Below, one piece after another: positions 18,252 through 28,412 of a stretch of 64,000 bases of DNA. This DNA comes from Rhodomicrobiaceae bacterium (GTDB lineage: Bacteria; Pseudomonadota; Alphaproteobacteria; Rhizobiales; Rhodomicrobiaceae). The notes beneath the pieces are model-generated. The model made no database searches. It was not told the origin of the DNA and worked only from the letters and a program-made list of their open reading frames with translations. Within the stretch, counting starts at the first letter, position 1, and every line of letters starts with the position of its first letter. Location: NCBI GenBank assembly GCA_050298295.1, contig JBNKTW010000071.1, positions 7,092-71,091 of the forward strand, given 5' to 3'. Both the position numbers and the translations under genes were made by a program.

Positions 18252-19739
18252 CTAACCTACGCTGCCTTCGAGGCTGATGGAGATGAGTTTCTGCGTTTCG
18301 GCCAGGAACTCCATCGGGAGCTGTTGCAGCACGTCGCGGACGAAGCCGTTCACGATCAGCGTCACCGCCTCCTCTTCGGAAAGCCCGCGCTGCAGGCAAT
18401 AGAAGAGCTGGTCATCGGAGATTTTCGAGGTGGTTGCCTCGTGCTCGAACTGGGCGCTGGCGTTCTTCGCCTCGATATAGGGCACGGTGTGCGCACCGCA
18501 TTTATCGCCGATCAAGAGGCTGTCGCATTGCGTGAAGTTGCGGGCGCCGGTAGCGCGGCGGTGCGCCGAGACGAGCCCGCGATAGGTGTTGTCCGAGTGG
18601 CCGGCCGAGATGCCCTTCGAGATGATGCGGCTCGACGTGTTCTTGCCGAGATGCACCATCTTGGTGCCGCTGTCCACCTGCTGGTAGCCGTTCGACACGG
18701 CGATGGAATAGAACTCGCCCCGGCTGTTGTCGCCGCGCAGGATGCAGCTCGGATATTTCCAGGTGATGGCAGAGCCGGTCTCGACCTGCGTCCAGGAAAT
18801 CTTCGAGTTGCGGCCCCGGCAATCGCCGCGCTTGGTCACGAAATTATAAATACCGCCCTTGCCTTCCTTGTCGCCGGGATACCAGTTCTGCACGGTCGAG
18901 TATTTGATCTCGGCGTCGTCGAGCGCGATCAGCTCGACCACGGCGGCGTGAAGCTGGTTCTCGTCGCGCATCGGCGCGGTGCAGCCTTCGAGGTAGCTCA
19001 CATAAGCGCCCTTGTCCGCGATGATGAGTGTGCGCTCGAACTGGCCGGTCTGCTTCTCGTTGATGCGGAAGTAGGTGGAAAGCTCCATCGGGCAGCGCAC
19101 GCCTTCGGGCACGTAGACGAAGGAGCCGTCGGAGTAGACCGCCGAGTTGAGCGTTGCGAAATAGTTGTCGCTGGTGGGCACCACGCTGCCGAGATACTTG
19201 CGCACCAGTTCGGGATATTCGCGCACGGCCTCGGAGATCGAACAGAAAATCACGCCGGCCTTGGCCAGCTCTTCCTTGAAGGTCGTCACCACGGAAACGC
19301 TGTCGAACACCGCGTCCACCGCCACGCGCGGCCCATCCACGCGCGCGCCCTCGACGCCCGCAAGCACGGCCTGCTCCTTCAGCGGAATGCCAAGCTTCTC
19401 ATAGGTGCGCAGAAGCTCGGGATCGACCTCGTCCAGGCTCTTGGGCGCGGCCGCCGTTTTCGGCGCGGCGTAATAATACAGGTCTTCGTAGTCGATCTTC
19501 GGATAGTGCACGCGCGCCCATTTGGGCTCTTCCATCGTGCGCCAGCGCTGGTACGCCTCAAGCCGCCATTCGAGCAGCCATTCGGGCTCGCCCTTCTTGG
19601 CGGAGATGAAGCGGACGATGTCCTCGCTGAGGCCCTTCGGCGCTTTGTCGCTTTCGATATCGGTCGTGAAGCCGTATTTGTACTTGTCGACGTCAATCTC
19701 GTGGACGCGATGGACTGTCTCCGTTACTGGCGTAGCCAT
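18252..19739 (-). CDS. sufB: Fe-S cluster assembly protein SufB
   Basis: [38 protein letters not shown]. Confidence 0.97.
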   Translation of the reverse strand: MATPVTETVHRVHEIDVDKYKYGFTTDIESDKAPKGLSEDIVRFISAKKGEPEWLLEWRLEAYQRWRTMEEPKWARVHYPKIDYEDLYYYAAPKTAAAPKSLDEVDPELLRTYEKLGIPLKEQAVLAGVEGARVDGPRVAVDAVFDSVSVVTTFKEELAKAGVIFCSISEAVREYPELVRKYLGSVVPTSDNYFATLNSAVYSDGSFVYVPEGVRCPMELSTYFRINEKQTGQFERTLIIADKGAYVSYLEGCTAPMRDENQLHAAVVELIALDDAEIKYSTVQNWYPGDKEGKGGIYNFVTKRGDCRGRNSKISWTQVETGSAITWKYPSCILRGDNSRGEFYSIAVSNGYQQVDSGTKMVHLGKNTSSRIISKGISAGHSDNTYRGLVSAHRRATGARNFTQCDSLLIGDKCGAHTVPYIEAKNASAQFEHEATTSKISDDQLFYCLQRGLSEEEAVTLIVNGFVRDVLQQLPMEFLAETQKLISISLEGSVG

Positions 19740-19786
19740 GTTTTCTCCTATGGCTCATCGCAGGCCCGCCCGCGATGTTACAAACG

Positions 19787-20980
19787 TTACACAGCAGGCC
19801 CGGCTTCATAACTTCCGCCTGCACTGCTGCAAATCCCGTGCCGTGCCTCCCGGCGTTCGCAAATCCTTGAAAGCACGGTTAAAAACCGTTCGATATCCGC
19901 TTCCGCCGTGGTCCAGCCGGTGGAAACGCGGATCGCGCTGCGGGCGAGTTCCTTCGGCACGCCCATCGCCGCCAGCACATGCGACCGCTCAACCTTGCCC
20001 GAAGAGCAGGCCGAGCCCGAGCTTACCGCGACTCCCTCCAGGTCGAAGGCGATGAGCATGGTCTCCGCGCTCCTGCCCGGCACCGCGAAGCAGGTGGTGT
20101 TCGGCAGCCGGCCGGCGCCTTCCGCCGCAGCGCCCGTAATACCCGCCGAAGGCAAGCCGAAAATGACCGCATCCGGCGCAATGTCACGAATGCCGCATTC
20201 CAGCTTGTCCCGCAAGGCCTTGGTTCTGGCCGCAAATCCGGCCTGCTCCGCTACGGCTACTTCCAGCGCGGCGGCCAGCCCGGCAATCGCCGGCACGTTC
20301 TCCGTGCCCGAACGCTGGCGGCGCTCCTGCCCGCCGCCCTTCAGCAGTGGCGCCGGCGCGAAACCGGGATCGCGGACGATCGCGGCCCCCGCGCCCTTCG
20401 GCCCGCCGAACTTGTGCGCCGAGAAGAACAGCACATCCGCATCCTTGAGTTCGTGAAGCGGCAAGCGCCCGATGGCCTGCACCGCGTCGCAGATCAGCAC
20501 AGCCCCTTTCGAATGCACCGCTTTCGCGATTTCCGCAATCCGCTGGATAACGCCAGTCTCGTTATTCGCCGCCTGCCCTGCCACAACCGACCCTGGAGCA
20601 GCATCAAGCGTGGCCAGGTCAAGCGTTCCGTCTTCAAGGACGGGAACGGCGCGGCACCTGTCTTGCACGAAGCGATGGCCGGAGAGAACGCAAGGGTGCT
20701 CGACAGCGGAGACCGCGAGCGTTTCATCGCCGCGCGGCTGCAAGAGCCAATTCGCGGCCTCGGTTCCGCCGCTGGTGAAATAAACGCCGGCCGCGTCAGC
20801 CTCGAACAGCGCGGCAACCGTCTCGCGCGCGTCTTCGACGATCCGGCGCGCGGCGCGGCCCTCGCCGTGGATCGACGAGGGGTTGCCGGCGCAATCGAAC
20901 GCCGCAATCATCGCGGCGCGTGCCTCCGGGCGCAGCGGCGATGTTGCATTATGGTCGAGATAGGCGCGCGGCGGCCTCAT
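19787..20980 (-). CDS. Cysteine desulfurase, NifS/IscS-like
   Basis: YLDHNATSP, FTSGGTEA, SAHKFGGPKG, RSGTEN, SGSACSSG. ATG overlaps the Rrf2 gene stop. Confidence 0.93.
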   Translation of the reverse strand: MRPPRAYLDHNATSPLRPEARAAMIAAFDCAGNPSSIHGEGRAARRIVEDARETVAALFEADAAGVYFTSGGTEAANWLLQPRGDETLAVSAVEHPCVLSGHRFVQDRCRAVPVLEDGTLDLATLDAAPGSVVAGQAANNETGVIQRIAEIAKAVHSKGAVLICDAVQAIGRLPLHELKDADVLFFSAHKFGGPKGAGAAIVRDPGFAPAPLLKGGGQERRQRSGTENVPAIAGLAAALEVAVAEQAGFAARTKALRDKLECGIRDIAPDAVIFGLPSAGITGAAAEGAGRLPNTTCFAVPGRSAETMLIAFDLEGVAVSSGSACSSGKVERSHVLAAMGVPKELARSAIRVSTGWTTAEADIERFLTVLSRICERREARHGICSSAGGSYEAGPAV

Positions 20981-21450
20981 GGCGCACCCTCCGCTCCCAC
21001 CGCGAGCTTGCACAGCGAAAGCTCCTCCCGCTGCGGCACCGAATAACGGCCGGAAACCACGTCGCCCAGGGTCGCGGTGGCGAGGAACTGCTCGATATGC
21101 GCGGTAAGCGCGTCCCAGAGAAAATGCGTACTGCAGCGATTTTCGGCCACGCAGCCGTTCTCGCGCTCGTTCTCGCACCGCGTCATCTTGAGCGGTTCGT
21201 CCACCGCCGACATGATCTCGCAAATGCTGATCTGATAAGCGTCGCGGCCCAGCACATAGCCGCCGCCCGGCCCGCGCACCGATTGAACCAGTCCGCCGCG
21301 CCGGAGCTTCATGAATAGCTGCTCCAAATAGGCGAGCGATAGCGAAAGCTTCGCCGCCACGTCCCCAAGCGAGCGCGGCTTCGAATCGCCTTGCTTAGCG
21401 ATCTCGGCCATCGCCATGACGGCATAACGCCCCTTGGTGCTCAGCAGCAT
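20977..21450 (-). CDS. iscR: Rrf2 family regulator, IscR-like
   Basis: LSTKGRYAV, YLEQLF, SVRGPGGGY; three Cys plus His (C..C..CSTH); heads the suf operon. Confidence 0.9.
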   Translation of the reverse strand: MLLSTKGRYAVMAMAEIAKQGDSKPRSLGDVAAKLSLSLAYLEQLFMKLRRGGLVQSVRGPGGGYVLGRDAYQISICEIMSAVDEPLKMTRCENERENGCVAENRCSTHFLWDALTAHIEQFLATATLGDVVSGRYSVPQREELSLCKLAVGAEGAP

Positions 21451-21586
21451 TTACAACGCCTCCTCAAGCCGCCGCGTGAAGGTAATGGAAATTTGCGTTC
21501 GCGTTATGATATGCGTGGTCGAATCCCGCTCTTTGCCCGAATCAGGTTCGTCCAGGCTCGCGGTTCTCCAGAGCTTAATAGATATG

Positions 21587-21611
21587 ATTTCCGACTGCCG
21601 CAGTCAAGTAT
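21587..21611. promoter_or_regulatory. IscR type-1-like operator upstream of iscR
   Basis: Minus strand ATACTTGACT-GCGGC-AGTCGGAAAT, a GACT-N5-AGTC dyad overlapping a TTGACT -35-like hexamer. Confidence 0.7.
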
Positions 21612-21659
21612 TCCGCCGCAAGCATGGCGGCAGTCTCCGCCAAGAAGAGGTTCCAGCAT

Positions 21660-22385
21660 ATGCCTGAAGTGATCATCAACGGGCCGGCCGGCCGCATCGA
21701 AGGACGCTACCATCACGAGTCCAAGCCCGGCGCTCCGATCGCGATCATCCTTCACCCGCACCCGCAATTTGGCGGGACCATGAACAATCAGATCGTCTAC
21801 AGCCTTTATTACACCTTCGTGAAGCGGGGCTATTCGGTGCTGCGCTTCAATTTCCGGGGCGTGGGCCGCAGCCAGGGCATGTTCGATCAGGGGCCGGGAG
21901 AACTTTCCGACGCGGCGACCGCGCTCGACTGGCTCCAGCTCGCCAATCCGGACGCGAAATCCTGCTGGATCGCGGGCGTTTCCTTTGGCGCCTGGATCGC
22001 CATGCAGCTCCTGATGCGCCGGCCGGAGATCGACGGCTTCATCTCGGTGGCGCCGCCTGCCAATCTCTACGATTTCAGCTTCCTGGCGCCGTGCCCCTCC
22101 TCCGGCCTGATGATCAACGGCGACCGCGACCGCGTCGTTCCGGTCAGCGCCGTGAAAACGCTAGTGGACAAGCTCAAGACGCAGCGCGGCATCGTGGTCA
22201 GCCACGAGATCGTGCCCGGCGCGAACCACTTCTTCGAGGACAAGGTCGAAGACCTTACCCTGGCGGTGGAGCGCTATCTCGAAAAGCGCGCCCAGATCCA
22301 GGCAAAACCGGGCCGCAAGGAAAAGCTGCCGCCGCCCCCGCCGGTGGAGGAAATCGAGGACGTGGAGCTGGACGAGGAGGAATAG
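21660..22385 (+). CDS. Alpha/beta hydrolase conserved next to iscR in Alphaproteobacteria
   Basis: HPHPQFGGTMNN, AGVSFGAW, GANHFF. Confidence 0.92.
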   Translation: MPEVIINGPAGRIEGRYHHESKPGAPIAIILHPHPQFGGTMNNQIVYSLYYTFVKRGYSVLRFNFRGVGRSQGMFDQGPGELSDAATALDWLQLANPDAKSCWIAGVSFGAWIAMQLLMRRPEIDGFISVAPPANLYDFSFLAPCPSSGLMINGDRDRVVPVSAVKTLVDKLKTQRGIVVSHEIVPGANHFFEDKVEDLTLAVERYLEKRAQIQAKPGRKEKLPPPPPVEEIEDVELDEEE

Positions 22386-22644
22386 CCGGCGTGCGCTGGA
22401 AAGGCGAAGTTTGGAATGCGTAGCGGGAAGGGCCGCTGAGCGGATAGCCAAAGACAGCGCCTCTACTTCGCAGCCTTTGCGGGGTGTGCGGCGGCGCGAT
22501 CCGGCCTCGCCCCGCCGGTCAGGCGCGGATGACGGTGCGTTTGCGGCGTCCCTCCAGGTTAAGGAACCGTATATTTCGCGTAAAGCCGCATCATGGTAAA
22601 TTCCGGTATGGTAAACGCGCGAATCCCGCGCGCTAAATATCCGA

Positions 22645-22728
22645 ATTTCGGCGCATTTTTACTTGTTTTCGCGCGATTTCTACGGTTCAAAAAACCCGTT
22701 AAATATAATTTAATATTTGAAATTAACC
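22645..22728 (-). repeat. 84-bp intergenic element, copy A (GGTTAAT-N15-ATATTTAA plus phased A-tracts)
   Basis: Ungapped manual alignment to 39669-39752 and 55649-55733. Confidence 0.8.
22698..22713 (-). promoter_or_regulatory. CtrA consensus box
   Basis: Minus strand TTAA-ATTATAT-TTAAC = TTAA-N7-TTAAC. Confidence 0.6.
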
Positions 22729-22973
22729 ATGATTGGCGTCTCAAATCTCGTGCGTGGCGGTGCCGGCGCTAAAATAACAGCAGCGATATCAATAACATAG
22801 CAGCTTAATCGTTATTCAAGACAAACCTGCTATATTTCTTCAAAATCGAGCGCACCCATTCCAACGCTGGAAAAGGGGGCGGGAAAACTGTAAAGACGGT
22901 TAAGGTAGCGTTACCTGGACAGGCTGCGATACGGCCGGGCAGGCCTGACGCCAGGTTAGCGATTGGGGGCTTT

Positions 22974-24119
22974 ATGGCGTACAACCTGCTTGTTCTCGGG
23001 CCGATGCAGCATCGCGTTGGCGACAACATCCTCCGCGATTCCAACACCGCGCGCATCGGCGAAATTCTCGGCCAGATGTCGCAGGCGCTTGGCGAGGGCG
23101 GGCGGCAGCCCTTCCGCGTCGTGACGCCGGAAGACCCCAGCCAGCCGGCTATCGTCGAACTCGTCTTGAGCGAGATCGAGAAGGCCGATCTCGTGGTTCT
23201 CGACCTGACGGGCAGCCGGCCGAGCGTGGCCTACGAAGCCGGAATCATCCACGCGCTTGGCATTCCGCACATCTTCGTCACCGAAGACGAGGAGACTTCG
23301 TTCTACTTCTCGTCGGTGCGCGTGATCCGCGGCTTGCAGCTTGGCTCCGATTTCAATCCCGCCAATCCAGGGCCGAGCCATGGCGAGCTGTTCGCCAGGC
23401 TCAAGACGTTCCTGAGTGACGCCAACGCCAGGGCCGATATGGCCGGCAATATTCTCACCGCTCATTTCGAAGGCCTGCCCATCATTGATCTGGCCGGGCC
23501 TGCCGGGATGGCCGCGAGCTATTACACCAACGCGGTGCGGCGCTTCATCCGGCCCGGCGGTTTCGCGGGCAGGGAATGCAAGCTCATGCTGAAGGAAGAG
23601 CGATCCGCGCGCTTTGGCAAAGGAACCGTCACATCCACGCGCACGGTTCCCGCGACCGTCAAGGCGCTTATTGCCGTGGAGCCGCCCGCCAAGCTTGTCA
23701 GGAGCTTTTTCGAGGACGACAAGGCGCTTAAGGCGGAGCTGAAGGGACTGGGCATCGAGCTGGAGCGGGCAACAATCGCCGGCGATGATCCGCTCGACAA
23801 GCGCGACTATGGCGGCTGGTTCGACGCGAAGGGCATCGCGCGCGGCGCCACGGTCTGCATCGAGATCCCGACTATTGTTTACCCTTTGACGGAGTCGCCG
23901 AGGATTTTACGGCTCAAGAAACACCGGGCCAAGTTCGAGGGCGAGCAGCGGCAAATCATGCAGGAGGTGGAGGAGCGCGCGCTCGAAAAACTGCTGGCCT
24001 CGTTCAAACGCAACCTTCTTTATCACATTGATATGGAACACGAAGCCACCAAGAGCGGTTTCCATTACGTGCCGCTGTCCGGCCTCCCCGCCCTGCTGCG
24101 GCAGGTGGGAGCGCTGTAG
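22974..24119 (+). CDS. Nucleoside 2-deoxyribosyltransferase-like domain fused to a prokaryotic STING-like domain
   Basis: N-term IEKADLVVLDLTGSRPSVAYEAGIIHALGIP (NDT-like, YE). C-term PAGMAASYYTNAV, KRDY, EIPTIV, EERALEKLLASFKRNL (STING-like motifs in the expected order). Confidence 0.75.
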   Translation: MAYNLLVLGPMQHRVGDNILRDSNTARIGEILGQMSQALGEGGRQPFRVVTPEDPSQPAIVELVLSEIEKADLVVLDLTGSRPSVAYEAGIIHALGIPHIFVTEDEETSFYFSSVRVIRGLQLGSDFNPANPGPSHGELFARLKTFLSDANARADMAGNILTAHFEGLPIIDLAGPAGMAASYYTNAVRRFIRPGGFAGRECKLMLKEERSARFGKGTVTSTRTVPATVKALIAVEPPAKLVRSFFEDDKALKAELKGLGIELERATIAGDDPLDKRDYGGWFDAKGIARGATVCIEIPTIVYPLTESPRILRLKKHRAKFEGEQRQIMQEVEERALEKLLASFKRNLLYHIDMEHEATKSGFHYVPLSGLPALLRQVGAL

Positions 24120-24371
24120 CCGCGGGGGCTGACCCATGCAAAAAAAGCATGGCTTGGGTGTCACAGCAAAGTGCCTAAATTATATGCAATTTGGCTGGGC
24201 TGTTTACATCTCTGTATACAATGCAATAAGATTGCGCTGACCGGTTTGAAAATTTCTGGTTAAAAGCCGGAGGATCATCCGCCGCGAATAAGATATTGTG
24301 CAGTGCATCGGGGCCGCAGAGTGAAGGAACAGCAGCAGGGCCGGCCAGCTCAGACACGGCCGGGAAGCGAC

Positions 24372-25343
24372 GTGTTGGACCTGAACCTGAGGTCTCTCGA
24401 CACCTTCGTGCAAATAGCGGAAAGCGGCGGCATGAGTTCCGCGGCCCGCCGGATGAAGCTTACTCAGTCGGCTGTCAGCCAGATCATCCAGAGTCTTGAG
24501 CGCTCGCTCGATGTGGCTCTCTTCGACCGCAAGGTCCGCCCCATCGCCCTGACGCCTTCGGGTGTTATACTTCTGGAGAAAGCCCGCGGGTTGCTGCTTG
24601 CAGCGCGCGAGGCGATCAGGAGCGTGAAGGAGCCGGAAACGGCGGCTTTCCCAAAGCTCAATCTTTGCCTGGTCGAGAGTATCACGGCCACCATCGGGCC
24701 AGGTTTTGCCCGGGATATTCAAGGGTTTGCCGATCTTTGGTCGGTGCATACGGGCTTGCCTAGCCAGCATAGCCGCGCGCTGCTTGCGCGGGAGGCGGAC
24801 ATCGTGCTGACCCCAGATCCCCTGGAAGAACACCCGAATATCGAGCGGTACGAGATCCTGAAAGAGCCGTTCTTCATTGCCTTGCCGAAGGATTTTGCCG
24901 GGGATTCAGTGAACCTGCCGGCGCTTGCCGCGCAGCACGACCTCATCCGGTTCAGCGCGCGCACTATGATGGGACGCCAAGTGGGGCGGCATCTGGAGCG
25001 GCTCAAGGCGGACACCACCGGCCGGCTGGAATTCGACAGCGCCACCGCTATCCTGGCGATGGTTACGGCCGGCCTCGGCTGGGCCGTCATCACCCCCCTC
25101 TGCGCGCTCCTGGGGCGGGCCTTCTGGTCCGAGGTCAGGTTTGTGCCGATGCCCGGTCCGGCGCTTCACCGCCGGCTCTACGTCGTCGCCCGGCATGGAG
25201 AGTTTGGCGACATCCCAAGGCGGATCGCCAATGCCGCCATCGAGCGGAACCGGAAATCCTTGCACAATCATTTCGCCGATTATCCGTGGATCCTCGAAGG
25301 TTGCACAATCCCCGATTTCATCGGCACCACCAGCCGAACCTGA
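24372..25343 (+). CDS. LysR family transcriptional regulator
   Basis: HTH (SSAARRMKLTQSAVSQ, LFDRKVRPIALT) plus substrate-binding domain; GTG start approximate. Confidence 0.92.
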   Translation: MLDLNLRSLDTFVQIAESGGMSSAARRMKLTQSAVSQIIQSLERSLDVALFDRKVRPIALTPSGVILLEKARGLLLAAREAIRSVKEPETAAFPKLNLCLVESITATIGPGFARDIQGFADLWSVHTGLPSQHSRALLAREADIVLTPDPLEEHPNIERYEILKEPFFIALPKDFAGDSVNLPALAAQHDLIRFSARTMMGRQVGRHLERLKADTTGRLEFDSATAILAMVTAGLGWAVITPLCALLGRAFWSEVRFVPMPGPALHRRLYVVARHGEFGDIPRRIANAAIERNRKSLHNHFADYPWILEGCTIPDFIGTTSRT

Positions 25344-25450
25344 AGCAATCGCCACGGCGTCCTGGGCTGAGACCGGGCGGCACCGCCATGCCCCGCCATG
25401 CGTCTCATGGGGTGAAGCCACGGTTCTGGCAGCGGAAAACAGCCGTCAGC

Positions 25451-26149
25451 TCAGGCGACTGCCTCATAGCGCCGCGTCAGCTCGCCGCCGGCAAGAAACG
25501 CCTCCAAGGCCGGGAAGCTGTTCACCACCGCTTTCGCCCCGCTTCGCTTGAGATCGGCCGCCGCATGGTAGCCCCAGCTCACGCCGATGCCTGGCACGTT
25601 CGCGCATGTGGCCATGATCATGTCGAAGGAGGTGTCGCCGATCATAACGGTTGTTTCCGGGCTGGCGCCTGTTTCCTCCATGGCCTGCAGAAGCATTGCC
25701 GGATGCGGCTTCGACGGGGCGTTGTCCGCGGTCTGCACCGTCACGAACATGCCGTGCAGGCCGTTCTGCCCGATAAGGCGGTCTACACCGCGGCGGGATT
25801 TTCCGGTGGCAAGGCCGAGCAAGACGTTGCTCTTCGCCGCGAGGCTGAAAAGCAGGGAAGCCGCGCCCTCGAACAGGGGCTCTTCCCATTCCGGCTGGCG
25901 GCGCAGGTTCATGCACCATTCGCGGTAGGAGCGGGCAAGCCCGTTTCTGGCATCCGGGTACAGGTCCGGCGCCAGCATGTTCATGGCTTCGGGAATGGAA
26001 AGGCCTACGGTGCGTAAAATACCGGAGCGCTCCGGCACGGGAAGGCCCGCGTCCTGGAAGGTCCGGCGCATGGCCTCCACGATCAGCCGCTGGCTATCGG
26101 CGAGGGTACCGTCGCAGTCAAAAACAATAAGATTGGGTGCCAATGTCAT
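25451..26149 (-). CDS. HAD-IA family hydrolase (phosphoglycolate phosphatase-like)
   Basis: FDCDGTL, ATGKS, SKPHP, MIGDTSFD. Confidence 0.92.
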   Translation of the reverse strand: MTLAPNLIVFDCDGTLADSQRLIVEAMRRTFQDAGLPVPERSGILRTVGLSIPEAMNMLAPDLYPDARNGLARSYREWCMNLRRQPEWEEPLFEGAASLLFSLAAKSNVLLGLATGKSRRGVDRLIGQNGLHGMFVTVQTADNAPSKPHPAMLLQAMEETGASPETTVMIGDTSFDMIMATCANVPGIGVSWGYHAAADLKRSGAKAVVNSFPALEAFLAGGELTRRYEAVA

Positions 26150-26258
26150 TTCGAACCATCGCCTAACTCTGGCGGTGCACCGTTTCATAGCGCAACACCA
26201 GCAATGCTGAACCGCCCCGGTTGGGTTGCGCAGATTGTATCAGAACTGCAACCCTGGG

Positions 26259-27269
26259 TTAAACCCGGGCTGACATCTTGCCCCCCGGACTTTCGTAGGG
26301 CTGTGCATCGAACCCCAGAAGCTCGAATGTTCCCGCCATGTGCGGAGGGAGCGGCGCGGAGATGTCAAGATCTCCGATTTTCGCGTCCTTTAGTGTCAGG
26401 CGCCGGGCATGAAGGTGCAATTTGTTCTCAATCCCGTCCATTGGCATTTCGGCTATTTGCCCATATTTCTGGTCGCCTAAAATGGGAGTGCCCAGAATAT
26501 CCATGTGGGCGCGGAGCTGGTGCTGGCGGCCCGTTACGGGCTTCAGCGACAGCCAGGCGAGCTTCTGCGCCGCCCGGTCGATCACCGAATAATAGGTGGT
26601 GGCGTGCTGGGCCAAGTCCTGCTCGCCGGGTCTTGCCTTGCGCACACGGTCCCCCTCCGGCCCCGCCGCCTTCACGAGCGGAGCCTCAACCTTGCCTTGC
26701 GGCGGCTTAGGCACGCCGCGAACGATGGCCCAATAGATTTTCTGCACCGAACGCGTCTGGAACAGCCGGCCGAGGCGCGCCGCCGTTTGCCGGTCCTTCG
26801 CCACCACGAGAATGCCGGAAGTGTCGCGGTCGAGCCGGTGCACGAGGCGCGGGCGTTCGCCGCCGAAGCGATCCGCCATGCCCGCGAGCAGGCCATCGAT
26901 ATGGCGCTTGGTGTTCGTGCCGCCCTGCACCGCGATGCCGAACGGCTTGTTGAGCACGGCGATGTACTCGTTCTCGAACACGATCATGCGCTCGATAAAG
27001 TCGCGATCGGCCTTGGAGAGGCCGGGCGGTGGCTTGAGCGATGGCGCGGGCGCAGCCTCGGGCGCGGCGAAATGCGTGGGGATGCGGACTTCCTGGCCCG
27101 TGGACAGCCGCGCATCCGCCTTCATGCGCCCGCCATCGACACGGACCTGGCCCGTGCGCACGAGCTTCTGAACCAGCGTATGCGGCAGCGACGGATAGTA
27201 TTTCTTCAGCCAGCGGTCGAGACGGAGCCCGTCGTCGTCCGCCCTGACAGCGCGTTTCTCGATGCTCAT
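26259..27269 (-). CDS. rluC: RluA family pseudouridine synthase (RluC-like)
   Basis: S4 domain (RLDRW..RTGQVRVDG), HRLDRDTSG, TGRQHQLR, LHLHA. Confidence 0.9.
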   Translation of the reverse strand: MSIEKRAVRADDDGLRLDRWLKKYYPSLPHTLVQKLVRTGQVRVDGGRMKADARLSTGQEVRIPTHFAAPEAAPAPSLKPPPGLSKADRDFIERMIVFENEYIAVLNKPFGIAVQGGTNTKRHIDGLLAGMADRFGGERPRLVHRLDRDTSGILVVAKDRQTAARLGRLFQTRSVQKIYWAIVRGVPKPPQGKVEAPLVKAAGPEGDRVRKARPGEQDLAQHATTYYSVIDRAAQKLAWLSLKPVTGRQHQLRAHMDILGTPILGDQKYGQIAEMPMDGIENKLHLHARRLTLKDAKIGDLDISAPLPPHMAGTFELLGFDAQPYESPGGKMSARV

Positions 27270-27332
27270 GCCGGCAGTTTGGCTAGGCCGCGCGCAAAGT
27301 AAAGGAAAAGGATGAGCGCCCCCCGGCAGGGG

Positions 27333-28268
27333 CTAAAGCGGGAGCGGTTTGCGGAACCTTTGGGGAAGGACCGCTCTTTCGCGTTCGATCACGGCCCTGA
27401 CTTCACTGAAACGCTCGGTCCGGGCGAGCGCTTGGCCGAAACGCATATTCCTTACGATGCTGGGAGCGTCGAAAGTCCAATACTGGATCATGAGCGGATT
27501 GATGAAAAGCTCGCTTCCCCTGGTGCGGCGGGTGGCGTGGTAATCCCCAAATTCTCCGCGTAAGGCGCTCGCGATCGAATTGCAGACAATGCTCTCGTGC
27601 CTGGGCTGACGTTCGTTGGCGTAGTCCACAAGGCTGAGGAAGGCTTCGGCCTCGGGCGTACCCGGAGAGAGCGAAAACGCACCGAGAAACCCGCCTTGGC
27701 GGATGAGCTGAGCGGTATTCTCCAGAAAGGCATGATGCGAAACCCCGTGGAAGTGGTCGATGCCAAACCCGATGGCGGCAAGCATGGCCTTGCCGCCGCC
27801 AGCCACGCAAGCCGCGACTAAGGACACGGCATCCTCTTCTATAGTTCCAAGCCCAGGCTCATCGCCGAAAATCACGCTGTCCGTTCCGCCGTCGATCAAC
27901 AGGATCACGTCTATCCCGTGACGGTTCAGGATATGTCTGTATGCCTCCGCCAAACGCCGTGCGCCGGTTTTTTCAAATGCATAGACCGGGGCCGTGCGGC
28001 CCTGTCGTGCCAGCCATTCGGCCAGCCATTTTTCTGGAAAGTATGGAATATCCTTGGCTTCCGCACCGATGCGCCAAACCGCTGGTGCAATCTTCTCGCC
28101 TCCGCAAAGCCAAAGGGTCGTAAAGGAGAGATTCGCGAATACGACCTCCTTTCCAGCATCCATGAGGCAAAGGCCTATAGGAACGCCGGAGAATACATCG
28201 AACCCTCCTCCGCAACCCGCGATTAAAATACGCTTTGACTCGCCCAGCCGTCTTAGGAACGGAGTCAT
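27333..28268 (-). CDS. DUF1152 family protein
   Basis: IAGCGGGFDVFSG, EKWLAEW, DGGTDS, EDAVSL, LFINPLM. Confidence 0.8.
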   Translation of the reverse strand: MTPFLRRLGESKRILIAGCGGGFDVFSGVPIGLCLMDAGKEVVFANLSFTTLWLCGGEKIAPAVWRIGAEAKDIPYFPEKWLAEWLARQGRTAPVYAFEKTGARRLAEAYRHILNRHGIDVILLIDGGTDSVIFGDEPGLGTIEEDAVSLVAACVAGGGKAMLAAIGFGIDHFHGVSHHAFLENTAQLIRQGGFLGAFSLSPGTPEAEAFLSLVDYANERQPRHESIVCNSIASALRGEFGDYHATRRTRGSELFINPLMIQYWTFDAPSIVRNMRFGQALARTERFSEVRAVIERERAVLPQRFRKPLPL

Positions 28269-28412
28269 TACCGGACTTCCCCCCTGCTTACCCAGACAAT
28301 GCCCGCCTCCGCTGCTGCCTCGCAGCCTCAATAGAGCCGCGGTAAATCCCGCACGCCCGCTGGTGCGGCAAACGGGAACGCTGCGGGATGCTCCCCTTGG
28401 GTAGCTATACCG

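Noticed and set aside
22698-22728. dif/Xer site interpretation of ATTTAAC in the repeated element
   Set aside because: Only part of a XerD half-site matches; there is no XerC arm with 6-bp spacing.
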